A stretch of 64,000 nucleotides of DNA from an uncultured Ardenticatenaceae bacterium (GTDB lineage: Bacteria > Chloroflexota > Anaerolineae > Promineifilales > Promineifilaceae), in NCBI GenBank assembly GCA_964467705.1, contig CAYXUZ010000011.1, positions 572 to 64,571 on the forward strand. Reading direction: 5' to 3'. How positions within the stretch are numbered: the first letter of the stretch is position 1; each line of letters begins with the position of its first letter. The notes beneath the pieces are model-generated. The model did no database searches. It had not been told where the DNA came from and saw only the letters and a program-made list of their open reading frames with translations. This document shows positions 46,109-55,092 of this stretch, one piece after another. The position numbers and the translations under genes are program-made.

Positions 46109-47154
46109 TAGCAGGTAAGGTAAAGGGTAATCTCGCTGCGGTTGTGGAAAAGCTGCCGCGCGCCGACGAGGGTATAAACGGGGCGAAGAACGGCGAGCGC
46201 CTGATTGACGATCATTTGCCGGCCGGACGGCCGTCCCTCCTCCATCTTATCCCCTTCTGGTAGTTTCAACGTCATCAGGGCGCAGCCGTGCCGGTGCAAA
46301 AAAGGGGCAAAGGCTGCCATCAACTCTGCTGAATAGCGGGCATCCAGTCGCATATCATTCACCAGCAGATCAAAGCGGTCAGGCTGCTGCTGCAAGTAGG
46401 CTTCGGCCGTCTGGCGCAAGTGGCGCACATTCTTGTCCTGGTAAAGAGAGGGGTGCAAGGCAGCCGGGTCTACGGCCGTGACAAACTGCCCCTGTTGCCG
46501 CAAAATGCGCGTCCAGCCGCCTGGCGCAGCACCCAGATCCAAAGCCACGCCGCCAGCCGGTAACTGAATGTGAAAAACCGATAACGCTTCCAGCAGCTTA
46601 AACTCCGCCCGGCTGATTTGCCCCGGCTGCCGGGCGAAGCGGTGCATCCCCCCAGCCCAATCAGACAAGTTTTGCGCCGCCAGAGATATGCCAGCATAAG
46701 CAATTTCTTCTGTAATGACGAGGGAGAGAACTTGTAGCGGCTGGCGCACATCCAACGGCGCACCGGTGTGCTGTTGCAAATTATGGGCCACGGCCGTGTT
46801 CACATCAAATGGCTTATACAGCAAATCCCCAAGAATGCGCGTCTGCACTGAAAAAGGAAGATCGTCATCGAACCAGGCTGCCAGATCAGTGCCTACCACT
46901 TCGGCCAACAAAGGTACATCTGCTGCCAGTCCGGTGATGGGCAACGCCAGATGCACAGGGCAAATATGGCGGGCAAAGATAGGGGGCTGCTGCCGCCATT
47001 GTTCAGCCAGGGTGAAAAAGTTCACGGCCGTGACGGCCCACACACCCTCCGCCAGTACAGCAGATTGCGCCGACGGCTGCACCTGCGCCAACTCCGCCCA
47101 GGCCAGGTCAATAAAGTGAGGATTGGCGGTGAGAATTAAGGATGGAGTTTGCAT
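46108..47154 (-). CDS. FtsJ/RrmJ-type SAM-dependent RNA methyltransferase with an RlmM-like N-terminal domain
   Basis: GGVALDLGAAPGGWTRIL and FDLLVNDM motifs in the C-terminal half. The N-terminal half is THUMP-like. Confidence 0.75.
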   Translation of the reverse strand: MQTPSLILTANPHFIDLAWAELAQVQPSAQSAVLAEGVWAVTAVNFFTLAEQWRQQPPIFARHICPVHLALPITGLAADVPLLAEVVGTDLAAWFDDDLPFSVQTRILGDLLYKPFDVNTAVAHNLQQHTGAPLDVRQPLQVLSLVITEEIAYAGISLAAQNLSDWAGGMHRFARQPGQISRAEFKLLEALSVFHIQLPAGGVALDLGAAPGGWTRILRQQGQFVTAVDPAALHPSLYQDKNVRHLRQTAEAYLQQQPDRFDLLVNDMRLDARYSAELMAAFAPFLHRHGCALMTLKLPEGDKMEEGRPSGRQMIVNQALAVLRPVYTLVGARQLFHNRSEITLYLTC

Positions 47155-47190
47155 GAGATTGGAGATAAGCAGATCGGGTAACCTCTTCTC

Positions 47191-47883
47191 TTACCCTTCT
47201 GCCTGGGTCTCCCCTTCTCGCGCCACACCAGGGCCACGCCCGTCGGTTCGTTCCAGGCCGTGCAGGTGTTCGACACGGCCGTGAAAGTGTAGCCGCCAAG
47301 TCTCGCGCGACGGATGCTCTACATATTCAAAGTGGGCTATGCTAGTGTTTTTGCTCCACACCTCGCAGCGGCGGAAGGGGCCAATGTTAAACATATGGTC
47401 AAAGGCCAGTTCAATAACACCACCATGGCAGACCACCATCACCGTTTGCGTCCGGTGTTTTTCAATCATTTCCTCCACAAAGTGACCGATACGCACCCGA
47501 AAGTGCATCAGTGATTCACTGTCTGGGCGAGTAGGCGTTAAGGGGGCAAACGGCCGTTCACTGCCCCAAAATGGGCCATAATCCGGCAAATCATCATTTG
47601 GCCAGGGGGTATGATCCAGCCGGTTATTCCCCACTTCGCGCAGCCGGTCATCTGGCGTAATGGGTAATTGATAAGCGTGGGCAATGGGTGCGGCCGTTTC
47701 CAGCGCCCGCCGCATAGTACTGGCATACAACACATCGAGAGTCGCTATTTCACCCGGCAGCCAATCGGCTAACGCCTGTGCCTGCTGCTGCCCCAATGGC
47801 GTCAAACCTTCATCCCGATTGCCGCCGCTCCATTCTCGCAAATTGACAAAACTTTCACCATGCCGCACAAAATATAAATGCAT
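47191..47883 (-). CDS. Histidine phosphatase (phosphoglycerate mutase-like) family protein
   Basis: The N-terminus LYFVRHGES (RHG motif) and the distal VCHGGVI. Confidence 0.85.
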   Translation of the reverse strand: MHLYFVRHGESFVNLREWSGGNRDEGLTPLGQQQAQALADWLPGEIATLDVLYASTMRRALETAAPIAHAYQLPITPDDRLREVGNNRLDHTPWPNDDLPDYGPFWGSERPFAPLTPTRPDSESLMHFRVRIGHFVEEMIEKHRTQTVMVVCHGGVIELAFDHMFNIGPFRRCEVWSKNTSIAHFEYVEHPSRETWRLHFHGRVEHLHGLERTDGRGPGVAREGETQAEG

Positions 47884-47951
47884 ATACTTACCTCAGTTTC
47901 AATAATGTAGTCAGATTATGCCACAAGACAAGGGTAATCTGTAAAAAAGCT

Positions 47952-48653
47952 ATGCTAGAAATCATTGATCTGAGTCAAGAAATCTTTTCAGGTATGCCTA
48001 TATTTCCCGGCTTACCAGAGGTAACGATCACAATGCACGTCTCGCACGAGGAATGGGAAGGTATTACCGACAGCGCGGTGGTTTCCCCGGCTGTCAATCG
48101 GCTGGAACTGGGTGAACACACCGGTACCCATGTAGACGCGCTGAATCATATGGCACGGCCGTATCGTGATCACTCCATAGACACGATGCCGCTTACCATG
48201 TTTTATACCGAAGGCATTTGCCTTGACCTGTCGGGCAAGCGGCTGCGAGAATTGATTGAGGTGATTGACTTGGAACGAGCGTTGGTCACGGCCGTGCAGG
48301 AAATCAGGCCAGGCGATACCGTTCTGCTCTACACCGACCATTATCGCCGCGCCTTTGGCACGGCCGATTGGCCGCATGGCCCCGGCATCAGCAGCGCCAG
48401 TGCCCGCTGGCTGGGGCAGCAAGGGATTGCCGCCTTTGGCGTAGAGACAATGGCCCCTGGCGTACGCGGCGTGTCTAACCGAGAAGTGCATCACATTTGC
48501 GGGGAGATGGGCTTCACCCATTACGAAAATATGATCAACCTGCACCAACTCATCGGCCGGGGGCGTTTCCAATTCATCGGCCTGCCACTGAAAATACGCG
48601 GCGGCACCGGCTCTCCGGTGCGGGCCGTGGCCGTGTTTGAGGGGCACTTATGA
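47952..48653 (+). CDS. Cyclase-family protein (kynurenine formamidase-like)
   Basis: HTGTHVDALNH metal-binding motif. Confidence 0.85.
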   Translation: MLEIIDLSQEIFSGMPIFPGLPEVTITMHVSHEEWEGITDSAVVSPAVNRLELGEHTGTHVDALNHMARPYRDHSIDTMPLTMFYTEGICLDLSGKRLRELIEVIDLERALVTAVQEIRPGDTVLLYTDHYRRAFGTADWPHGPGISSASARWLGQQGIAAFGVETMAPGVRGVSNREVHHICGEMGFTHYENMINLHQLIGRGRFQFIGLPLKIRGGTGSPVRAVAVFEGHL

Positions 48654-48964
48654 ACCACATGCCATATCCAGGCCAAAGGCTGAAAATAACAAACCCTGAT
48701 TACATTGTTCTCAGCGAAGAGTGGGTGGTGCTTACTGTGGAGTATCCAACCATTATATTTTCCTGCACCAAATGGTGGGATTACAATGCCATCACCATGC
48801 AGGGGCAAACGTCGGAAACGGTAAGTGGGAATATCGTGAAAGCAGATGATGAAGAGATCATTGTGGCCTTCGTGCGTTATTCCGGCCAGGCTGAAGTGGG
48901 GCTGGCGATTCGCGGCGACCAGGCGACTTATCTGAGCCGTCTGGAACCGCAACAATATGCCTGA
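48650..48964 (+). CDS. Hypothetical protein
   Basis: 104-aa ORF whose ATG overlaps the upstream stop. No family recognised. Confidence 0.4.
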   Translation: MNHMPYPGQRLKITNPDYIVLSEEWVVLTVEYPTIIFSCTKWWDYNAITMQGQTSETVSGNIVKADDEEIIVAFVRYSGQAEVGLAIRGDQATYLSRLEPQQYA

Positions 48965-49057
48965 CGGCCGTACTGGTCATACTCCCTTGACTAACAAATT
49001 GCGGTAAACTTATGGCTGTTGAACAGCCAACAGCAGCTAAATCAGGAGAACAGCCAG

Positions 49058-49549
49058 ATGCTTGAAATTCAATTCCGCCCTGCCCACGTCAAGGACGAAG
49101 CTCAGCTTCAAGCCATCCGCCACGCCGCCTTTGCGCCTGTGTTCACCTCGTTCCGCGCCCTCCTCGGCGACGAAATCTACGACCTGGCGCAACGGCGGCA
49201 CGATGAAGCCCAGGGAGGATACCTGACGTCACTGTTGGCAGCGGATTCTGGATGGGATCTGTACGTAGCGCAATTGGGTAACGAAATCGTCGGCTTCGTG
49301 TCTGTCCAGTTTAACCGGGAAACACTTGTGGGTGAGATAGGTCTGAATGCGGTTGACCCGGCGTGGGCCGGCCAGGGGATTGGCGCGGCGATGTATGAGT
49401 TTGTACTGGCGCGCATGAAGGAGGCGGGGATGCAGGTAGCGACTGTTTCCACCGGGGGTGACCCCAGCCACGCCCCGGCCCGACGCGCTTATCAAAAGGT
49501 AGGATTTGACGCGGCGGTCCCCAGTGTGTGGATGTGCCGCAAGCTCTGA
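49058..49549 (+). CDS. GNAT-family N-acetyltransferase
   Basis: The acetyl-CoA site GLNAVDPAWAGQGIGAAM (Q/RxxGxG/A) and the C-terminal ARRAYQKVGF. Confidence 0.85.
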   Translation: MLEIQFRPAHVKDEAQLQAIRHAAFAPVFTSFRALLGDEIYDLAQRRHDEAQGGYLTSLLAADSGWDLYVAQLGNEIVGFVSVQFNRETLVGEIGLNAVDPAWAGQGIGAAMYEFVLARMKEAGMQVATVSTGGDPSHAPARRAYQKVGFDAAVPSVWMCRKL

Positions 49550-51582
49550 TGGAACAGGAACGACACATTTACCTGGAAGACATTCCGCTGGATGAGGCAT
49601 GGGCGGCCTGGCGAACAGCGTTAGCCGAAGCAGGATTATGGCAGCCTTTGAAAGCAGAAGAAGTGACGCTGGCCGAGGCCAACGGCCGTACCACCGCCAC
49701 TGCCATCTGGGCCAGACTTTCCTCCCCACACTACCACGCCAGCGCCATGGACGGCTTTGCCGTGCGCGCCGAGGACAGCCACACCGCCACCGAAACCAGC
49801 CCCGTCCGCTTGACGCTGGTGGACGATTTTGATCCCGCCAACACCTCCGACCTGCGCCCGGCTAAAGCGGTCAACACCGGCCATCCCCTGCCCACCTGGG
49901 CCAACAGCGTGGTGATGATTGAACATACGCAGCCGGTAAGGGACGAACACGGCCGTGCCGCCATCGAAATTCGCGCTTCCTTACCACCCTGGCAGCATGT
50001 CCGGGCCATGGGCGAAGATATGGTGGCTACAGAGTTGGTACTGCCCGCCAACCATACCCTGCGCCCGGTGGATTTGGGCGCGCTGGCCGGGTCGGGGCAC
50101 ACGGCCGTAACCGTCTACCGCCGTCCCCGTGTGGCCATCATCCCCACCGGCTCCGAACTCGTCGCCCCGGAAGATGTGGCCCGCAACGGCCCCTATCCCG
50201 GCCAGATCATCGAGTACAACAGCCTGGTGCTGGCCGCCCAGGTGGAAAATTGGGGCGGCCAACCCACCCGTTGGCCGATAGTGCCCGATGAATTTGCGGC
50301 CATTCAAACGGCCGTGCGCCAGGCCGCCCGCACCCACGACCTCATCCTGCTCAATGCTGGCTCCTCCGCCGGTTCCGAAGATTACACCGCCCATGTAGTG
50401 CAATCGCTGGGCACATTGCTGGTGCATGGTGTGGCGGTTCGCCCCGGCCATCCAGTCATTTTAGGCATGATCCAATCTGACAAAGTGACAAGGTGGCAAG
50501 GTGACACGGTGACACCCTCCCACCCCATCGCGCCCATCATCGGCGTCCCTGGCTACCCGGTCAGCGCGGCACTGACGGGCGAGATTTTTGTAGAGCCGCT
50601 GCTGGCGCGGTGGCGGGGGCAACCACCGCACCAGCCGCAGACTCTCACGGCCGTGCTCACCCGCAAAGTGGTTTCCCACACCGGCGATGACGATTTTGTG
50701 CGCGTGGCGGTGGGCAAAGTGGGCGGGCGCACCCTGGCCACGCCCATCAGCCGGGGGGCGGGCGTCATCTCCTCACTGGTACGGGCGGATGGCATTATGC
50801 GCATTCCCCGTTTTAGCGAAGGGGCGGATGTGGGCACGGCCGTGACCGTCCACCTCTACCGCCCCGCCCACGAGATCGCCAATAGCATCCTGGCCATCGG
50901 CAGCCACGATCTCACGCTCGATCTCCTGGCCCAATTTCTGGCCGAACGCAGTCAACATCGGTTAGTATCCGCCAATGTGGGCAGCCTGGGCGGGCTGGTG
51001 GCGCTGCGACGCGGCGAAGCCCACCTGGCAGGTTCCCACCTGCTTGATCCCGCAACGGGCACATACAACATCAGCTACATCCACCAATACCTGCCCGGCG
51101 AGAACATCATGCTGGTCACGCTGGTTGGCCGGGAACAGGGGTGGATGGTGGCAAAAGGTAATCCCAAACGGGTGCGTGGTTGGGCAGATGCCGCTAACGA
51201 GGATGTGCAAATTGTGAACCGGCAACGGGGGGCGGGCACACGGGTGCTGCTGGATTATGAATTGGGCAAATTAGGGATTACGCCGGAGCAGGTGCGGGGC
51301 TACGGCCGTGAAGAGTACACCCATCTGGCTGTGGCTGCGGCCGTTGCTTCTGGCACCGCCGACGCCGGGTTGGGCATTCGCGCTGCCGCCCGTGCGCTGG
51401 AGCTAGACTTTGTGCCCCTGGCACATGAGCAGTATGACCTGGTGATTCCGCAACTCTATTTTGAAGGGGAACTATTACGGCCGTTGCTGGATTTATTGCA
51501 CGACGCGGATTTCAGGATGGCTGTGGCTACTATGCCCGGTTATGATATTGCCCCAATGGGGCAGACCAGGAGTGTTAGGTGA
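49549..51582 (+). CDS. moeA: Molybdopterin molybdenumtransferase MoeA fused to a C-terminal periplasmic-binding-protein-like domain
   Basis: ATGA overlap with the GNAT stop. MoeA motifs SPHYHASAMDGFAV, IIPTGSEL, LLNAGSSAGSEDY, HGVAVRPGHP, GVPGYPVSA. C-terminal IGSHDLTLDLL...GSLGGL...ADAGLGI is PBP-like. Confidence 0.85.
   Translation: MEQERHIYLEDIPLDEAWAAWRTALAEAGLWQPLKAEEVTLAEANGRTTATAIWARLSSPHYHASAMDGFAVRAEDSHTATETSPVRLTLVDDFDPANTSDLRPAKAVNTGHPLPTWANSVVMIEHTQPVRDEHGRAAIEIRASLPPWQHVRAMGEDMVATELVLPANHTLRPVDLGALAGSGHTAVTVYRRPRVAIIPTGSELVAPEDVARNGPYPGQIIEYNSLVLAAQVENWGGQPTRWPIVPDEFAAIQTAVRQAARTHDLILLNAGSSAGSEDYTAHVVQSLGTLLVHGVAVRPGHPVILGMIQSDKVTRWQGDTVTPSHPIAPIIGVPGYPVSAALTGEIFVEPLLARWRGQPPHQPQTLTAVLTRKVVSHTGDDDFVRVAVGKVGGRTLATPISRGAGVISSLVRADGIMRIPRFSEGADVGTAVTVHLYRPAHEIANSILAIGSHDLTLDLLAQFLAERSQHRLVSANVGSLGGLVALRRGEAHLAGSHLLDPATGTYNISYIHQYLPGENIMLVTLVGREQGWMVAKGNPKRVRGWADAANEDVQIVNRQRGAGTRVLLDYELGKLGITPEQVRGYGREEYTHLAVAAAVASGTADAGLGIRAAARALELDFVPLAHEQYDLVIPQLYFEGELLRPLLDLLHDADFRMAVATMPGYDIAPMGQTRSVR
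50478..50516 (+). repeat. In-frame block of GTGACA / GTGGCAAG repeat words inside moeA
   Basis: TGACAAAGTGACAAGGTGGCAAGGTGACACGGTGACACC encodes (S)DKVTRWQGDTVT. It lies between the conserved PGHPVILG and GVPGYPVS motifs. Confidence 0.75.
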
Positions 51583-51614
51583 CTTGAAGTTCAAACTCTG
51601 ACCTCCCCCCTGGC

Positions 51615-52406
51615 TTATTGATCACCTCTATAATAAGAGCTGACAATTTTATCGAGAGCGTAAATGGCATGTGACGGCCGTACCACTGTCTCCGCTATCC
51701 CCATTTTAGCTAACATCCGTTTGAGAATCTGGTTTGCCAGCGGCGTGGGATCACCAATGACTGTGCGCCGCTCCAAAAAATCCACAATCAACTGCACATC
51801 CTCACTGCTCAGCCGGTCTACCGGCCACTGTTCGGCCAGGCTTTCCGTTTCACCGGGGGCGCGCAGCGACGGCCGTGTCTGGGCCACACGGCTGCTCTTA
51901 TCCAGCGTCGCCAGCGTAATCTCCGCCTGCTCCCGCACCACCAGCGTGCCCGCTGCCAGGTCGCCCAACCGCCGGGACTGCCCATCCACAAACATGGTGA
52001 TGATGCCCAGGCCATAGGCAAACGGCAGAAAATCCACCAGCCGCACCAGATTGCGGATGATGGATTCGCTGATGGTGATCGGGGTGCCATCGCGCCGGAT
52101 GACACGCAGCTTCATCACCTTCTTGCCAGGGCTGCTGCCATTCCAGCGCATCTCAAAAAAGATGTAATAGCTGCCCAATATGGCAAATACCAACAAAATA
52201 TAGATAGCGAGAAAGAGACTACGAAGTTGTTCAGAGGGGCTACCGAATAAAAGTCCCATTCCAAACAAAGCCACCAATTCCAGTCCGATGATGAGCAGCG
52301 AATCTATCAGCGCGGCCATAAAGCGTGAGCCAATGCCCACCACCTCGTGGCCAAACATGACATTTTCCGGCGTGTCAATCTGGAGAAATTCGTCAGGTGA
52401 ACTCAT
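51615..52406 (-). CDS. RDD-family membrane protein
   Basis: GSRFMAALIDSLLIIGL and TM helices. ATG 52406 chosen downstream of the repeat-derived ORF extension. Confidence 0.75.
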   Translation of the reverse strand: MSSPDEFLQIDTPENVMFGHEVVGIGSRFMAALIDSLLIIGLELVALFGMGLLFGSPSEQLRSLFLAIYILLVFAILGSYYIFFEMRWNGSSPGKKVMKLRVIRRDGTPITISESIIRNLVRLVDFLPFAYGLGIITMFVDGQSRRLGDLAAGTLVVREQAEITLATLDKSSRVAQTRPSLRAPGETESLAEQWPVDRLSSEDVQLIVDFLERRTVIGDPTPLANQILKRMLAKMGIAETVVRPSHAIYALDKIVSSYYRGDQ

Positions 52407-52428
52407 GCGCCAATTGTACCTTCTATAG

Positions 52429-52500
52429 TGGCAAGTGGCAGGTTGCACGTAGCAGGTATTTACTTGCCACCTGCCACTTGCCATCTGCAACCTGCTACCT
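52429..52500. repeat. Word hairpin of the GGCAAGTGGCA / TGCCACTTGCC family in a divergent spacer
   Basis: GTGGCAAGTGGCAGGT (from 52429) pairs with ACCTGCCACTTGCCA. Also GCAGGT/ACCTGC words. Related to 25081-25140. Confidence 0.8.
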
Positions 52501-52515
52501 GTGTATAATTGCCCC

Positions 52516-53481
52516 ATGAATGCCGAACAATTTTACCAATCCCGCCGCGCCGACTGGCAGCGGTTGTCCAGCCTGCTTGACCGCAGTCAGACCAATATCG
52601 GCCAGTTGTCGCCGGATGAGGTGAAACAAATGGGGCAACTCTACCGGGCGGTAACGTCTGATCTGGCGCTGGCGCAGCGGGAGTTTCCGCGCCATCAGGT
52701 GACGGCGTATTTGAACCAGTTGGTGGCGCGTGGTCATGCCATCATTTACCGCAGCGAGCCACTGGCGCTGCATAAAATCACGCGGTTTGCAAAGGTGACG
52801 TTCCCGCGTATGTTCCGGGAGACGTGGCCGTTCCAACTCACGGCCGTGCTCCTCCTGCTTGTCCCCGCTTTATTGGCCGGTCTGTGGCTGAACTGGCGCA
52901 TTGATTCGGCAAATTGGCTGATGCCAACGGCCGTGCAAGCCCTCATCCCCATGATTGAAGAGCAAGAGTTGTGGGTGAACATTCCGGTGGCGGAACGGCC
53001 GTATACCTCCACCTTCATTATGACCAACAACATCCGCGTTGCCGTCCTCGCTTTTGCCGGGGGACTGACCGCCGGATTGCTCACCATCTATGTGCTGCTG
53101 TTCAACGGACTGCTGCTGGGGGCTGTCACCGGTGTTACCGCCCATTACGACGTGGGCTTTGAACTGTGGACCTTTGTCATCGGGCACGGCGTCATTGAAC
53201 TGACCACCATCTACATCGCCGGGGCGTCCGGGCTGATGATGGGTTGGGCCATCATCCATCCCGGCCTGCACCGCCGCCGTGACGCGCTGACCCAGGCCGC
53301 CCGCCGCGCCGTCGTCCTGATTGGCGGCTGCATCCCGCTGCTGGTCATCGCCGGGATTATTGAAGGCTTCATTTCGCCCAACGAAAACATCCCCGTGGCC
53401 ATCAAGTGGGCGGTGGGCATAGGCACGGGGATTGTGTTGTATGCTTATCTTTTGTTAGGCGGTAAAGAGGGAAGAACATAA
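52516..53481 (+). CDS. SpoIIM-like (DUF95) membrane protein
   Basis: IMTNNIRVAVLAFAGGLTAGLLTIYVLLFNGLLLGAV and HGVIELTTIYIAGASG. Confidence 0.75.
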   Translation: MNAEQFYQSRRADWQRLSSLLDRSQTNIGQLSPDEVKQMGQLYRAVTSDLALAQREFPRHQVTAYLNQLVARGHAIIYRSEPLALHKITRFAKVTFPRMFRETWPFQLTAVLLLLVPALLAGLWLNWRIDSANWLMPTAVQALIPMIEEQELWVNIPVAERPYTSTFIMTNNIRVAVLAFAGGLTAGLLTIYVLLFNGLLLGAVTGVTAHYDVGFELWTFVIGHGVIELTTIYIAGASGLMMGWAIIHPGLHRRRDALTQAARRAVVLIGGCIPLLVIAGIIEGFISPNENIPVAIKWAVGIGTGIVLYAYLLLGGKEGRT

Positions 53482-53484
53482 GTT

Positions 53485-53856
53485 ATGAATCACGGCAGAC
53501 GCGCATATGAGGGCTTTGACATAGTTCCAGAAACCAACACAGATGGATGGTGTTTTGGAGCTATTACCGTTTACGGTGGAACTGATTGTTCCTGCCCGCC
53601 TGGTGGGTGCGTAACAGGTGATGGCTTTGTCGAGGCTCCAGATGGGTCGCGAGCCGGAATTGTATGGAGTGTTGGTGAGTTTGAACCTTTCCGCATTGGC
53701 GAACCTGATCAAGACAGATGGGGCATCTTCGAAGTGCCCTTCGCACGACAGGTCAAGACGACACACGATCTGGTCTATTGCTTTCGAGAAGTACTTCCCT
53801 ACCTTCAACAAGAGTTCGAAACAACAAGAGGCGCGGGGGCTGACGCTGGTCGTTAG
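53485..53856 (+). CDS. Hypothetical protein
   Basis: 123-aa ORF in a lower-GC patch free of ACGGCCGT. No family recognised. Confidence 0.4.
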   Translation: MNHGRRAYEGFDIVPETNTDGWCFGAITVYGGTDCSCPPGGCVTGDGFVEAPDGSRAGIVWSVGEFEPFRIGEPDQDRWGIFEVPFARQVKTTHDLVYCFREVLPYLQQEFETTRGAGADAGR

Positions 53857-53936
53857 CGGGTTAAAGTGAGTAGTACCTCGCCAAACTAAATTTGTGGATC
53901 TCGTAGGAACGGCTTATGAAAGTTAGGAAAATGTTT

Positions 53937-54033
53937 CGGTAATCCGTGCCTGGCGAATAAATTCGCGGCTACACAAAGCGAAGGTCGGCTTTGCTCTTTG
54001 TAACCGCGGTTTCAACCGCCGAGTTTATTACCG
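53937..54033. ncRNA. Candidate structured RNA or REP-like element (closing stem plus three internal hairpins)
   Basis: CGGTAAT (53937-53943) pairs with ATTACCG (54027-54033). Internal hairpins: GCGAAT-AA-ATTCGC, CGCGGCTACACAAAG...CTTTGTAACCGCG, and GCGGTT-TC-AACCGC. Strand unknown. Confidence 0.3.
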
Positions 54034-54084
54034 AGTCTCCGCGCTTCTGCGTTATTTCAGGAATTTCAACAATGGTCGTGTATT

Positions 54085-54999
54085 TTGTTTAAGGATTCCC
54101 CCCATCTGCGGGCGGCGCTGCAAGCGCTGTTTGTTACCTTTCTCTGGTCAACTTCCTGGGTGCTCATCAAGTTTGGCCTGGAAGAGATTCCGCCGCTGAC
54201 TTTTGCCGGACTGCGGTATATGCTGGCTTTCCTGGTTCTGCTGCCATTTTTGTGGCGGCAGCCGGTGGAGGGCCAACGGCCGTCCCGCCTCCCCCCATCT
54301 CTCACCACCCTCACCAAAGCCGATTGGCTGCGTCTGATCCTGCTGGGCGTCGTCTTTTACGCCATCACCCAGGGGGCGCAGTTTGTGGCCCTGGCATATG
54401 CGCCCGCCGTGAGTGTGACCTTGATCTGGAGCTTCACGGCCGTTGCCGTCGCCCTGCTCGGCATTGTCACATTGGGCGAACGGCCGAATGGGGCGCAGTG
54501 GGTAGGCATGTTGCTGGCGTTAGCGGGCGCGGTACTTTATTTTTACCCGTTTGGCCTGGCGGAAGCGCAGTTTGTGGGCCTGTTGGCGGCGCTGGTGGGC
54601 ATGTTGTCCAATTCGGTGGCGGCGGTGTTGGGGCGGTATGTGAACCGGGGTGGGCGGTTACGGCCGTTGACCGTCACCGTCGTCAGTATGGGCGTGGGGG
54701 CGCTGATTTTGCTGGCGGCGGGCATTGCCAGTCACGGCATCCCGGCGCTGCGCTGGCAAAGCTGGGCCATCATTGTCTGGCTGGCGGTGGTGAACACGGC
54801 CGTGGCCTTCACCCTGTGGAACCATACCTTGCGCACCCTCTCCGCCATGGAATCCACCGTCATCAACAATACCATGACGGTGCAGATTGCCATTTTGGCG
54901 GTGTTGTTTTTGGGGGAAACGCTGGACGGCCGTGAACTGTTGGGTTTGACGGCCGTTGTCGCCGGCACATTGATCGTGCAGATTCGCCGCAGCAAATAG
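54085..54999 (+). CDS. EamA/DMT-family transporter
   Basis: Ten-TM profile with duplicated EamA halves (ALFVTFLWSTSWVLIK...; AAVLGRYV...). Confidence 0.88.
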   Translation: MFKDSPHLRAALQALFVTFLWSTSWVLIKFGLEEIPPLTFAGLRYMLAFLVLLPFLWRQPVEGQRPSRLPPSLTTLTKADWLRLILLGVVFYAITQGAQFVALAYAPAVSVTLIWSFTAVAVALLGIVTLGERPNGAQWVGMLLALAGAVLYFYPFGLAEAQFVGLLAALVGMLSNSVAAVLGRYVNRGGRLRPLTVTVVSMGVGALILLAAGIASHGIPALRWQSWAIIVWLAVVNTAVAFTLWNHTLRTLSAMESTVINNTMTVQIAILAVLFLGETLDGRELLGLTAVVAGTLIVQIRRSK

Positions 55000-55090
55000 A
55001 TACACGGATTTGACGGATCAAACGGATTGTCGCGGATAAATCAAAAATCCGTGTTCATCCGTCAAATCCGCATCATCCGTGTATCTATTT
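54994..55090. repeat. 97-nt word hairpin (ACGGAT / ATCCGT words) filling a convergent gene gap
   Basis: The outer arms AAATAGATACACGGAT (54994-55009) and ATCCGTGTATCTATTT (55075-55090) are perfect complements. Inner words: TTGACGGAT / ATCCGTCAA. Confidence 0.85.
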
Positions 55091-55092
55091 CT

